A stretch of DNA of 64,000 bases, from contig JAKJDF010000007.1 of NCBI GenBank assembly GCA_022706085.1, forward strand, positions 10,474 to 74,473, in the 5' to 3' direction. The position numbers and the translations under genes are program-made. The notes below the pieces were generated by a model. It was not told where the DNA came from and did no database searches. It saw only the letters and a list, made by a program, of their open reading frames with translations. This document shows positions 9,640-18,654 of the stretch, piece after piece. How positions within the stretch are numbered: the stretch's first letter is position 1; each line of letters starts with the position of its first letter. This DNA is from Candidatus Latescibacterota bacterium. Lineage in GTDB: Bacteria > Latescibacterota > MWCZ01.

Positions 9640-10760
9640 GACGCATCCTGGAAATCGTCCGGAAGGAATTTGCGCAACTGAGGCGGGACCGGCGGCTGCT
9701 GGGGATCCTCCTTGTGGCGCCGGTATTCCAGCTTTTCATCCTCGGGTACGCTGCGACGACGGATCTGCGGGAGGTTCCGGTTGCGGTGTGCGACATGGAC
9801 AGGTCGGCCTCCAGCAGGAGCCTTCTGGAGGCGGTGAGCGCCAGCGGGGATTTCCGCCTGCGGTATTTCGTGGACGCGCCGCAGGAACTGGATGCGTATC
9901 TCGATCGCAACAGGGCGGATCTCGCGCTTGTCATCCCGCGGGACTACGGACGAAGGGTTATCCGGGGAGAGGCCGCGACGGTGCAGGTGCTGGTGGATGG
10001 AACGCGGACGAACGCGGGGCTTGCGCTGAGCCAGCTTTCGGGTGCGGTCGGCCAGCACGCGCAGTTCATACTGCTTGACCGCCTGACGAAGCGCGGCATT
10101 TCCGGCGAGCGCCCGGAGGTTCAACTGGCTACCCGGGTCTGGTACAATCCGGAGTTGAAGAGCCGGAATTTCATGCTCCCGGGGGTGCTGGCGCTTGTAC
10201 TTCTGATTATTGCGACGGCGGCGACATCCATGGCGATAGTTCGGGAGAAGGAGAACGGGACGATTGAACAGATCATCGTGACGCCTATCCGTTCGCTGGA
10301 GTTGATCGCGGGGAAATTGATCCCGTTCGCAATTGTCGGCATGGTGGAGGTTCTGCTGGTGCTGTCGGTAGCGACGCTGTGGTTCCGGGTGCCGTTAAAG
10401 GGGAGCGGGGTGCTTCTGCTGGCGCTGACGTTCCTTTTCGTCATCACGACTCAGGGGATGGGGCTGTTCGTATCCACCGTATCGCGGACGCAGCAACAGG
10501 CGATGATGATCATCATCTTTTTCATCGCGCTGCCGATGATTCTGCTCTCCGGCTTCGTGTTTCCGATTGAGAACATGCCGAAGCCGATCCAGCCGATCAC
10601 GTATCTGATGCCGCTGCGGTATTTCCTCGTCATTGTGCGGGGGATATTCCTGAAGGGTGTGGGGATGGAGGTGCTGTGGCCGCGGGTGGTGGCGCTGGCC
10701 GTGTTCGCGTTCGGGATACTGGGGCTTGCGGTGGCACGATTCCAGAAGCGGGTGGGGTAG
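9636..10760 (+). CDS. ABC-2 family transporter permease (paralogue)
   Basis: Starts MRRILEIVRKEF at an ATG overlapping the stop of the previous permease (ATGA); same architecture. The listed ORF 9015..10760 is an upstream in-frame extension. Confidence 0.85.
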   Translation: MRRILEIVRKEFAQLRRDRRLLGILLVAPVFQLFILGYAATTDLREVPVAVCDMDRSASSRSLLEAVSASGDFRLRYFVDAPQELDAYLDRNRADLALVIPRDYGRRVIRGEAATVQVLVDGTRTNAGLALSQLSGAVGQHAQFILLDRLTKRGISGERPEVQLATRVWYNPELKSRNFMLPGVLALVLLIIATAATSMAIVREKENGTIEQIIVTPIRSLELIAGKLIPFAIVGMVEVLLVLSVATLWFRVPLKGSGVLLLALTFLFVITTQGMGLFVSTVSRTQQQAMMIIIFFIALPMILLSGFVFPIENMPKPIQPITYLMPLRYFLVIVRGIFLKGVGMEVLWPRVVALAVFAFGILGLAVARFQKRVG

Positions 10761-10910
10761 GACGAACGGTGGGTGGTCGGCGAGTTGGGGCCGCGGAGGT
10801 GGTGGAACATGAACGAATCTTCATTGTCGGTATAGCGCCTCTTCATTGTTCCTTCTTACTTTTTCCTCTCGTGATTGAGCGACCGGACTGAAGCCTTTCC
10901 GGAGGCGGGG

Positions 10911-11327
10911 ATGACCTTTGGAGCGCGCATGCTGGTTGCCGTTGTGGCGGTGTTTGCGGCGTGCGGGGTTCCGCACGCGGAACCGAACGCGGATTCCAGC
11001 CGTACTCGTCCGTGCAGCGCGCGGACCGCGTTTGCGCTCGGTTTGGTGGTGCCGGGGGGAGGGCAGTTCTACCTCGGCGACCGGGCGGGGGGGATTCAGG
11101 CCGTGATTACGGATGTGATTTTGTTTGAGGCGCTTCGGAGGAACGACGCCACGATTTCCGGGGTTGTTTTCTTCATCGGCGCCGTACACGTTGTTGAGGC
11201 GTTGTTTGCCGCGCGCGAGTGCAGACTCAGAAACGCCGCTTTGCAGCCCCGGATAACGAGTGCCTTCCCGGATCGGCGCGAAGCTCCGGTGATCGGGCTG
11301 GCGGTGGCGGTCCCGATTTCCCACTGA
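10911..11327 (+). CDS. hypothetical secreted protein / possible lipoprotein
   Basis: Start MTFGARMLVAVVAVFAACG preceded by GGAGG; signal-peptide-like N-terminus; no recognisable family. Confidence 0.3.
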   Translation: MTFGARMLVAVVAVFAACGVPHAEPNADSSRTRPCSARTAFALGLVVPGGGQFYLGDRAGGIQAVITDVILFEALRRNDATISGVVFFIGAVHVVEALFAARECRLRNAALQPRITSAFPDRREAPVIGLAVAVPISH

Positions 11328-11372
11328 CCGGCCTTCCGGCGCGCAAGCGCCGCGCAGAAAGAACCCGTAAGA

Positions 11373-12851
11373 ATGCAACGCAGACGAACGATATTGATCA
11401 TCGCGGACGGGACGCGCCCGGACGTGCTCGGGGAGTTGATCGCGGCGGGGGAACTTCCGGCGATTGCGCAGGCGTTCCCCGAGCCGGCAATGCGCCGCCC
11501 GGCGGTGAGCGTGTTTCCTTCGACGACGGGGCCGGCGTTTCTTCCGTTTCTGACGGGAATGTACCCGGGGGATTTGAACATGCCGGGCATCCGCTGGTTT
11601 GACCGCGGAGCGTGGGCCGGGAGGAGCGGTGATCCGCCGTTCCGGAGCTACGTTGGCATCGAAAGCTACCGGATGAACGCGGATTTCCGGCGGGACGTGC
11701 CGACGCTTTTCGATATTCTGCCTGATTCGGCGAGCATCTTCAGTTCGGTGAACCGGGGTGTTCCGTTCCGGGGGAACATGACTGGCCTCTCGCGGGCGTG
11801 GTGGTGGTTGTTCGCGCACTGGACCGACCGCTGGGATGTGGTTGGCGTGCGGGCACGGGCTCGGTTGCTCGCGTCGCTGGAGATGGATCCGGAATTCGTG
11901 TTCTGCCTGATTCCGGATGTGGACAACTATTCGCACCTTTCGCACTGCCGGTCGGAGCCGGCGATTGCGGCGTACCGGCGGCTGGATCAGACGATCGGGG
12001 AGCTTTTCCGGGAGCTGGAACGGAGACGCTGGCGCGAGGATACGCTGGTGGTGATGGTGGCCGACCACGGGCACTCGGCGGTTCATACGCATCTGGGGTT
12101 GCCGGAGTGGATGGCGGAGCGGGGGTTCATGCCGTTCTACTACCCGCGCATCTGGAATCGTTCGTTTGATTCGGCGGTGATGGTGTCGGGCAACGGGATG
12201 GCGCATATCCACCTGCGGCGGGGGGGTACCTGGACGGCTGGACCTGTGCCGGACGAGGAAGTTGTGCGGGTTTTCGGGGCGCTGTTGGGGGCGCTGTTGG
12301 AGCGGCGTGAGATCGGGATCATCGCCACGAAGCGGAGCGACGGCGCGGTGGTGGTGCGTTCGCGGTCGGGCACGGGCGTGGTGACGCCGCTCGGGGAGGG
12401 GCATTTCCAGTACTCGACACAGGGCGGCGACCCGTTCGGGTATCGCGGCCTCGAGGGGGTGTGGAATTCGGATGATCTGCTCGAGGAGACGCTGGCGACG
12501 CGGTACCCGGACGGGCCAGTGCAGCTGGAGCAGCTTTTCCACTCGCCGCGGACAGGGGACATCGTCGTGAGCGCGGAAGTCGGGTTCGATCTGCGCGACA
12601 AGCACGAGAATCCGGAGCATTTTTCCGGTCACGGGGCGCTTCACGCCGATCACATGGTGGTGCCGTGGTTTTCGACGGCGCCTCTCCCGGATGTGCCGTT
12701 GCGGACGGTGGACGTGTTTCCTACGATCCTGCACTGGATGGGAAAGCCGATTCCGCCGGGGGTGACGGGGAAGGATCGCCTTGCGCCCGCCGTTGAGCCG
12801 GAACAGGCGGAAATGACAGGCGCGCGGACAGTTGGGGCGAGCGCCTTCTGA
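11373..12851 (+). CDS. alkaline-phosphatase-superfamily enzyme (type I phosphodiesterase / nucleotide pyrophosphatase-like)
   Basis: N-terminal TILIIADGTRPD metal-site motif and distal MVADHGHS motif characteristic of the AlkP/NPP superfamily; 492 aa. Confidence 0.7.
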   Translation: MQRRRTILIIADGTRPDVLGELIAAGELPAIAQAFPEPAMRRPAVSVFPSTTGPAFLPFLTGMYPGDLNMPGIRWFDRGAWAGRSGDPPFRSYVGIESYRMNADFRRDVPTLFDILPDSASIFSSVNRGVPFRGNMTGLSRAWWWLFAHWTDRWDVVGVRARARLLASLEMDPEFVFCLIPDVDNYSHLSHCRSEPAIAAYRRLDQTIGELFRELERRRWREDTLVVMVADHGHSAVHTHLGLPEWMAERGFMPFYYPRIWNRSFDSAVMVSGNGMAHIHLRRGGTWTAGPVPDEEVVRVFGALLGALLERREIGIIATKRSDGAVVVRSRSGTGVVTPLGEGHFQYSTQGGDPFGYRGLEGVWNSDDLLEETLATRYPDGPVQLEQLFHSPRTGDIVVSAEVGFDLRDKHENPEHFSGHGALHADHMVVPWFSTAPLPDVPLRTVDVFPTILHWMGKPIPPGVTGKDRLAPAVEPEQAEMTGARTVGASAF

Positions 12852-12887
12852 CGGGCGCCGGTGCCGACCGATATACACGAGGACTTT

Positions 12888-13862
12888 ATGCCGCTTCCGA
12901 GGAAATATACGCTGGCGAACAAGTTTTTCACTGCTTCCCGGTACCCGTTTCGGCGGCTTGCGGGGTATCCGACACTTGTCAATCTGGAAGTGACGAAGAA
13001 GTGCAACGCGCGGTGCGATTTCTGTGATTACTGGAAGACTGAGTCGGAGGAGCGGCTCGGGGACTACGCTCCGGTAATCGCCAAGTTGAAACCAACGGTG
13101 GTGATGCTTACCGGTGGCGAGCCGTTGCTCCGGCGGGACCTGCAGGCGGTGATCGCCGGGATAAAGAAGCAATCGCCGGCGGTGTACCTCGGCCTGATCA
13201 CCCACGCGGCGATGCTGACGCCGGAACGGGGGCTGGCGCTCTGGGACGCGGGGCTGGATCAGCTTTCGATCAGTCTCGATTTTCTCGATGAGCGGCACGA
13301 CAGGGCGCGGGGGATACCGGGGCTGGCGAAGAAGGTGAAGGAGACGATTCCGCTTCTTGTTCGGGCAGGAATTGATAACCTTGCGTTGAACACGGTAATC
13401 AAGTCGGACAATCTGGACCAGATCGTGGCGATGGTGCGTCAGTGCGAGGAGTGGGGGATCGGGATCGCGTTCAGCGCGTATGCCGACGTGAAGGTCGGCA
13501 ACAAGGAACACAACATCGGTGACGCGCAGATGAAGGAGCTGCAACGGGTTATCGGTGAGTTGCTGCGGCTCAAAAGAGAGGGTGCGCCGATACTGTCGTC
13601 GTCGTACTACCTTTCCCGCGTGCCGGAGTTTTTCGCCACGGGACGCATCGGCGGGTGCGTTGCCGGGGACCGGTTTGTCACCGTAACGCCGAGCGGCCAC
13701 GTGAAGAGGTGCAGTGAGTTTGACGCGGAGGTGCATTTTTCCGAGTGGACTCCGAAGTCCATCGGAGCGACGGATTGTGACGTCTGCTGGTTCAGTTGCC
13801 GGGGGGAATCTCAGGCGCCGGTGATATCGGCAGAGCGGCTGAAAGACACTCTTTTCAGATAG
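12888..13862 (+). CDS. radical SAM protein with C-terminal Cys cluster (SPASM/twitch-like)
   Basis: CNARCDFC (Cx3Cx2C) motif, LTGGEPLL glycine-rich SAM motif, C-terminal CSEF...CDVCWFSC cysteines; start set at the ATG (MPLPRKY) preceded by GAGGA. Confidence 0.8.
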   Translation: MPLPRKYTLANKFFTASRYPFRRLAGYPTLVNLEVTKKCNARCDFCDYWKTESEERLGDYAPVIAKLKPTVVMLTGGEPLLRRDLQAVIAGIKKQSPAVYLGLITHAAMLTPERGLALWDAGLDQLSISLDFLDERHDRARGIPGLAKKVKETIPLLVRAGIDNLALNTVIKSDNLDQIVAMVRQCEEWGIGIAFSAYADVKVGNKEHNIGDAQMKELQRVIGELLRLKREGAPILSSSYYLSRVPEFFATGRIGGCVAGDRFVTVTPSGHVKRCSEFDAEVHFSEWTPKSIGATDCDVCWFSCRGESQAPVISAERLKDTLFR

Positions 13863-13988
13863 AGCATCCGCGCCGAAGACTGACTGCGGTTTTTTGCGCC
13901 CTTGCCCGGCTGTTTGCCCGTCCCTCCCCTTTCTCCGTTTATTTCCTTACCGCAAACGGTTCGCCACCTCATATCGTGCGAGGATTCG

Positions 13989-15104
13989 ATGACCCAGTAC
14001 GAACGCGTACGCGCGGCCCTTCTCGGAGGACCTACAGACCGTCCTCCCGTAATTGGCGGCTGGGTGTGTCAGGAAGACTTTCTTGTCACCATGAGCCACG
14101 TGACGCGGGATGAGTTCTGGGAGAACCCTTATGCGCACGCCACGACCGCGTACAAAAACGCGGGCGCGGATGCGCTGGTGCAGTTTGTGCTGCCGAAACG
14201 GGAGACCGAGGCGACCCAGGGTGAGTACGGGCGGCCCACCAACTTCGGGAAACAGGAGGAACGGGCTGAAGACCGATTTCCCACCCTTGAATCGGTGATT
14301 GAGTGGGTTCGGAAGCAACCCACCATTGACGAGGTGCGGCGCACATTTGACGCGAAGAAGGCGTATGACGGGTACCTTTCGGTGGTTCACGAGCGGGAGG
14401 ACATTGCGCCGATGGTGTGGATTCCCGGGCATGTGTGCGGATGTCCGCCATTCATGTGGTATTCGTATCTGGGATATGAGAACTATTTTGCCGGGATGAT
14501 GGAAGCGCCCGAGGTGTTTGAGCGATTTTTCGCGATGGAAGGGGAGCAGCGGCGGCTGCAGAACGCGGAGGTGGCACGGGCGATACGGGAGAACGGGTTA
14601 CTGCCGCTCCTGTATTTCGGGGAGGACATCTGCTACAGCAGCGGCCCGATGTGCAGCCCCAGGCTTCTGCGGGAGATTTACTTCCCGCACCTTGCGCGCG
14701 CGATGGAACCGCTTGTGGAGGCGGGGATCATTTCGGTGTGGCACTCAGACGGCAACATCATGCCGATCATAGATGACCTTATCAGATGCGGAGTAGACGG
14801 TTTTCAGGGACTTGAAGAAGACCACGGAATGAGTCTTGAAACGTTAGCGGGGATGACGAACTGGAACGGTGTGCCACTGGTGCTCTGGGGAAGTGTCAGC
14901 GTGACCTCGACGCTGCCTCACGGAAGCGTCGAGGATGTAAGGAAGGATGTCAAACGGTGCATTGACATCGGAGCACGGCGTGGTGGCAGGTTGTTTCTGG
15001 CGCCTTCCAGTTCTGTCGGCCCTGAAGTTCCCACGGAGAACATCGTGGAGTTTTTCCGCTTCGGGAGGGAGTACGGTCTGGAGGCGTACGGAGGCGGAAG
15101 GTGA
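13989..15104 (+). CDS. uroporphyrinogen decarboxylase (URO-D) family protein
   Basis: About 370 aa with URO-D/MtaA-like fold features; start at MTQYERVRAALLG preceded by GAGGA. Paralogous to the ORFs at 20996..22129 and 35012..36142. Confidence 0.7.
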   Translation: MTQYERVRAALLGGPTDRPPVIGGWVCQEDFLVTMSHVTRDEFWENPYAHATTAYKNAGADALVQFVLPKRETEATQGEYGRPTNFGKQEERAEDRFPTLESVIEWVRKQPTIDEVRRTFDAKKAYDGYLSVVHEREDIAPMVWIPGHVCGCPPFMWYSYLGYENYFAGMMEAPEVFERFFAMEGEQRRLQNAEVARAIRENGLLPLLYFGEDICYSSGPMCSPRLLREIYFPHLARAMEPLVEAGIISVWHSDGNIMPIIDDLIRCGVDGFQGLEEDHGMSLETLAGMTNWNGVPLVLWGSVSVTSTLPHGSVEDVRKDVKRCIDIGARRGGRLFLAPSSSVGPEVPTENIVEFFRFGREYGLEAYGGGR

Positions 15105-15239
15105 GGAGGCTGTTTCGGGGGAGAACGGGTCGGACGGGCGAACAAGCCGCCCGGGGAGGACCGGAGCAGACGGACTAGAGGGGAGGGGAGAGGAAAAGTG
15201 GCACGGGCGCGTTGACGCGCCACGACTATGTGGTGGGGG

Positions 15240-16199
15240 TCAGCCCAACAGGAGGTACTTGCTCCACACGTATTTCGCCTTTGCCGCCAGACTGAGGAAA
15301 AGGTAGGTGTTGCACGCGTACTGGAACGATGGATCCATGTAGCAGTTGATCGTGCACCCCTGGCAGTACACGTGCCTGCCATCCTCGCGTTTGTACGCCT
15401 TCACGAGCGAACCTGCCCGCACCTTTTCCAACTGGCCGTTTATCGGTATGCGTTCTCTCTGCCGATGGAAGCACGGAAGGAGCAGGTGATCGTCCGGTGA
15501 GATGACGATGACGGCTTCCACCGCGTGACAGACGGGGTGCGCCCGCTGATTGCCGCCAGCCCGAATGAGACGGTGAAACGCCCGGTTGACGTAGACATTC
15601 CGCTCACGGGCGAACCGTTCAAGGTAGGCCAGTTCCCGTTCTCCGACACCTTTGTTCCCCGCCCACGGAAACTCCGGATTCACGATGAGCATGGTATTGT
15701 ACGCCTGCGCGATGGCGGCGAGCGGCGCGATCTGTTCGAACGTCTCCTCCGTTGCCGTAAAAAGGATGTCGGGATGCTCGCCGAGAGCACGCGCGACATC
15801 CAGGCTCTCCATCACCCGGTCGAAACACGGCAGGCCACGGATGCGGTCGTGAGTGTCCTTTTCCGCGGCGTCGAGCGAGAAGTGGAGCAGGTCTACCTGG
15901 CCGGCGAGATCCTTTGCACGGGCGGGGTAACGCAGGCAGTTGGTGGTGACGCTGGTTCGGAATCCGAGCACCTTCGCCAGGCGAAGCGCGCGGGGCAGGT
16001 CGTGATAGAGGAGGGGTTCGCCGCCGGTGAAATCCACGAATCGAGTGCCCAGTTTCCGGGCGGCGGTGAGGTTGGAGGTCATCTGGTCCCAGGAAGGGGT
16101 GGCGCGGTGGTCCCATTTTGCGGGGTCCCAGATGGTGCAGAATGAGCACCGGGCGTTGCAGCGGTAGGTCACGTAATAGTGGAGGAGGAGCGGTTTCAT
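15240..16199 (-). CDS. radical SAM protein with C-terminal Cys cluster (paralogue of 12888..13862)
   Basis: YVTYRCNARCSFC (Cx3Cx2C), FTGGEPLL, C-terminal CQGCTINC cysteines; 319 aa. Confidence 0.8.
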   Translation of the reverse strand: MKPLLLHYYVTYRCNARCSFCTIWDPAKWDHRATPSWDQMTSNLTAARKLGTRFVDFTGGEPLLYHDLPRALRLAKVLGFRTSVTTNCLRYPARAKDLAGQVDLLHFSLDAAEKDTHDRIRGLPCFDRVMESLDVARALGEHPDILFTATEETFEQIAPLAAIAQAYNTMLIVNPEFPWAGNKGVGERELAYLERFARERNVYVNRAFHRLIRAGGNQRAHPVCHAVEAVIVISPDDHLLLPCFHRQRERIPINGQLEKVRAGSLVKAYKREDGRHVYCQGCTINCYMDPSFQYACNTYLFLSLAAKAKYVWSKYLLLG

Positions 16200-16287
16200 T
16201 TTGTGATGCTGAAATCACGGGGGAGGGAGCGCGATGAAGTGAGCAGGGCACGACGAAGCGTGCCCCTCCAGGATCGGGGAGCGGCGG

Positions 16288-17697
16288 TCATTTTTTGAAG
16301 CTCCCACGGAAGCTTTTTTTCGCGGGGAGCGGGAAATCGCGGCGCTTTGTCCATCCGGAGAACGGGTAAGGCAGGGAAGATACCCATCCCTCGCTTGAGA
16401 GCGGCAACATTCCCCAGCGGAGGGCCTTGCCTCCGAACCGATAAAGGAGCGGGGAGCGCATGGCAAGCGCCCAGAGGCGCATGCCGAGCCGTTCGAGGAC
16501 GTGGTTTTCCCCGTGTTCTGCCTGTTCGGCACGCATGGCAGTCAACATGTGCGGGATATTGATCTTCATCGGGCATGCCTGGTAACAGGCGCCGCACAGG
16601 GATGACGCGTGGGGAAGGCTGTTGAAGCGGCTTCGTCCTTCGTACAGTGGTGAAAGCACCGACCCGATGGGTCCGGGATAGACACTCCCGTACGTATGGC
16701 CGCCCACGTTCCGGTAAACGGGGCAGGTATTCAGGCAGGCGCCACACCGGATGCACCTCAAGGTCTGCCGGTACCCGGAGCCGAGAACAGTGGTGCGACC
16801 GTTGTCGATCAGTATTACGTGGAGTTCTCGCGGGCCGTCACCTTCGCCTTCCCTTCGAGGGCCTGTGATGAGGTTGGTGTAGACGGTCATGGGCTGTCCG
16901 GTGGCGCTGCGAGCAAGGAGTTTGAGGAAGACGGGGAGGTCTTCCAGCCGGGGGATGATTTTCTCGATCCCCATGAATACGACCTGGACGGGCGGCCACG
17001 TGGCGCAGAGGCGGCCATTGCCCTCATTGGTAACCTGAATGACCGTTCCGGTGTCAGCGGCGGCGAAGTTGGCGCCGGTGATGCCCATGTCGGCGTTCGC
17101 GAATTCCTCCCTCAGGCGGGCGCGTGCGAACTTTGTGATTTCCGCCGGCTCCGGGGGCAGAGACACGCCGAAGGAGGAGTTGAAAAGATCCGCGATTTCT
17201 TCCTTCGTGCGATGCACGGCCGGGACGACAATGTGCGAGGGGCGATCCCCGGCGACCTGGAGGATGTATTCGCCGAGGTCGGTTTCCATCACACAGAAAC
17301 CTTCGCGCTCCAGCGCCTCGTTCAGGTGCGTCTCTTCGCTCACCATTGTTTTGGCTTTCACGATGCGCTTCACGTTGCGCTCGCGCGCGATAGAGGCGAC
17401 CAGGGCGTTGGCATCGCCCGCGGTTCTGGCCCAGTGGACGACTCCGCCGGCTTTCTCCACCGAGTCGGCGAACTCTGCGAGGTAGCGATCGAGGTGCTGG
17501 AGGACGTCGTCTTTGATCTGGCGGGCTTTTTCGCGGAGCAGGTCGCTTTCGGGCAATGCGGCCATCAAGGCCCTGCGGCCGTCGTCGAATTTCGCGGTTG
17601 CGCGGAAGAGCGCTTTCGCCAGCGATTCATTGCGAAGGGACTGGCGGGTTGCGGCGCCGAAATCCCACCGAGGCAGCGGTCTGGTTTCGTGGTTCAT
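16288..17697 (-). CDS. lutB: lactate utilisation protein B-like iron-sulfur protein
   Basis: LUD-type domain plus CIRCGACLNTCPVY and CGACYQACP 4Fe-4S motifs; start MNHETRPLPRW overlaps the lutA stop (ATGA). Confidence 0.8.
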   Translation of the reverse strand: MNHETRPLPRWDFGAATRQSLRNESLAKALFRATAKFDDGRRALMAALPESDLLREKARQIKDDVLQHLDRYLAEFADSVEKAGGVVHWARTAGDANALVASIARERNVKRIVKAKTMVSEETHLNEALEREGFCVMETDLGEYILQVAGDRPSHIVVPAVHRTKEEIADLFNSSFGVSLPPEPAEITKFARARLREEFANADMGITGANFAAADTGTVIQVTNEGNGRLCATWPPVQVVFMGIEKIIPRLEDLPVFLKLLARSATGQPMTVYTNLITGPRREGEGDGPRELHVILIDNGRTTVLGSGYRQTLRCIRCGACLNTCPVYRNVGGHTYGSVYPGPIGSVLSPLYEGRSRFNSLPHASSLCGACYQACPMKINIPHMLTAMRAEQAEHGENHVLERLGMRLWALAMRSPLLYRFGGKALRWGMLPLSSEGWVSSLPYPFSGWTKRRDFPLPAKKSFRGSFKK

Positions 17698-18422
17698 GGC
17701 GCGGTCACCTCCCCCGAAAGGATTCGGGCGAGGTGGATGACCTTTACCGGTACCCCGCGCCGCTTCAGCGCCCCGGAGATGTTCATGATGCACCCCGTGT
17801 CGTTCACGACGACGGCCTCTGCGCCGGTTTCAATGATTCGTTCCGCTTTGTCGTTTGCCAGGTGGCCTGAGAGGTCCGGCATTTTGATGGAGAACGCGCC
17901 TCCAAAGCCACAACAGCGTTCTTTGCCATCGAGGGGAATGTACGTCACGCCCTGCAAGGATTTCACCAGATCCTCCGCTTCGGTGGTCATGCCGAGAGCG
18001 CGCTGGTGGCAGGTGTAATGGTAGGTCAGCCTGCCGTCGAACCTCGCGTCCGTTGATTTGATGTTCAGTACTTTGCCGAGGAATTCGATGAACTCGTAAG
18101 AGCGGGAGGCAAGTGCTTCGGAACGGGCAAGGAGAGCTTCGTCATTGACGAACAGGCGGGGAAATGCCTCGCGGATCATCGCGGTGCAGGACGCAGAAGG
18201 GGATACCACGTATTCCGACCCTTCGAACACATCCAGCATGCGGGCCGCGACGGAGCGGGCCTCGGCCCAGTTGCCGGTGTTGAACGCGGGCTGGCCACAA
18301 CAGGTCTGCCCGCGGGGGAATACCAGTTCTACTCCGTGTTTCCGCAGGATGCTCACCATCGCAAGCCCTATTTCCGGGTGGAACAGGTCGGCGAGGCAGG
18401 TGATGAAGAGCGACACGCGCAT
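17694..18422 (-). CDS. lutA: lactate utilisation protein A-like Fe-S oxidoreductase (CCG domains)
   Basis: MRVSLFITCLADLFHPEIG...GQTCCGQPAFNTG and second CCG repeat ERCCGFGG; start at the internal ATG (M74 of the listed ORF). Confidence 0.8.
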   Translation of the reverse strand: MRVSLFITCLADLFHPEIGLAMVSILRKHGVELVFPRGQTCCGQPAFNTGNWAEARSVAARMLDVFEGSEYVVSPSASCTAMIREAFPRLFVNDEALLARSEALASRSYEFIEFLGKVLNIKSTDARFDGRLTYHYTCHQRALGMTTEAEDLVKSLQGVTYIPLDGKERCCGFGGAFSIKMPDLSGHLANDKAERIIETGAEAVVVNDTGCIMNISGALKRRGVPVKVIHLARILSGEVTAP

Positions 18423-18654
18423 GGAGATTGCCTTTACGCGGAATGAGGTTCGCCACAGAGTGAAGAAGGATACCAAAAAGCCGCATCCCGGCCAAGAAGA
18501 AACCGGGCGGGGATGCTCGTGCCGAAGCAATGCGGCCTCCACGGACGGGGGGCCGCGGGAACCGGGATTGGCGGCCCCGGATCGAGTCCGGGAAGCGGCA
18601 CGGGAAGGACCTGCCGGAGCGGCGCGGAACGGCCGCGCCACTCCGGTTGCGAGG

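Noticed and set aside
10821-13736. 971-aa ORF on the minus strand
   Set aside because: Extremely Arg/Pro/His-rich low-complexity translation lying antisense to well-supported alkaline-phosphatase-family and radical SAM genes; typical spurious open frame in high-GC DNA.
15104-15240. Possible bidirectional terminator between convergent URO-D-like and radical SAM genes (GGCGCG-TTGA-CGCGCC)
   Set aside because: Short 6-bp stem without flanking U-tract; too weak to call.
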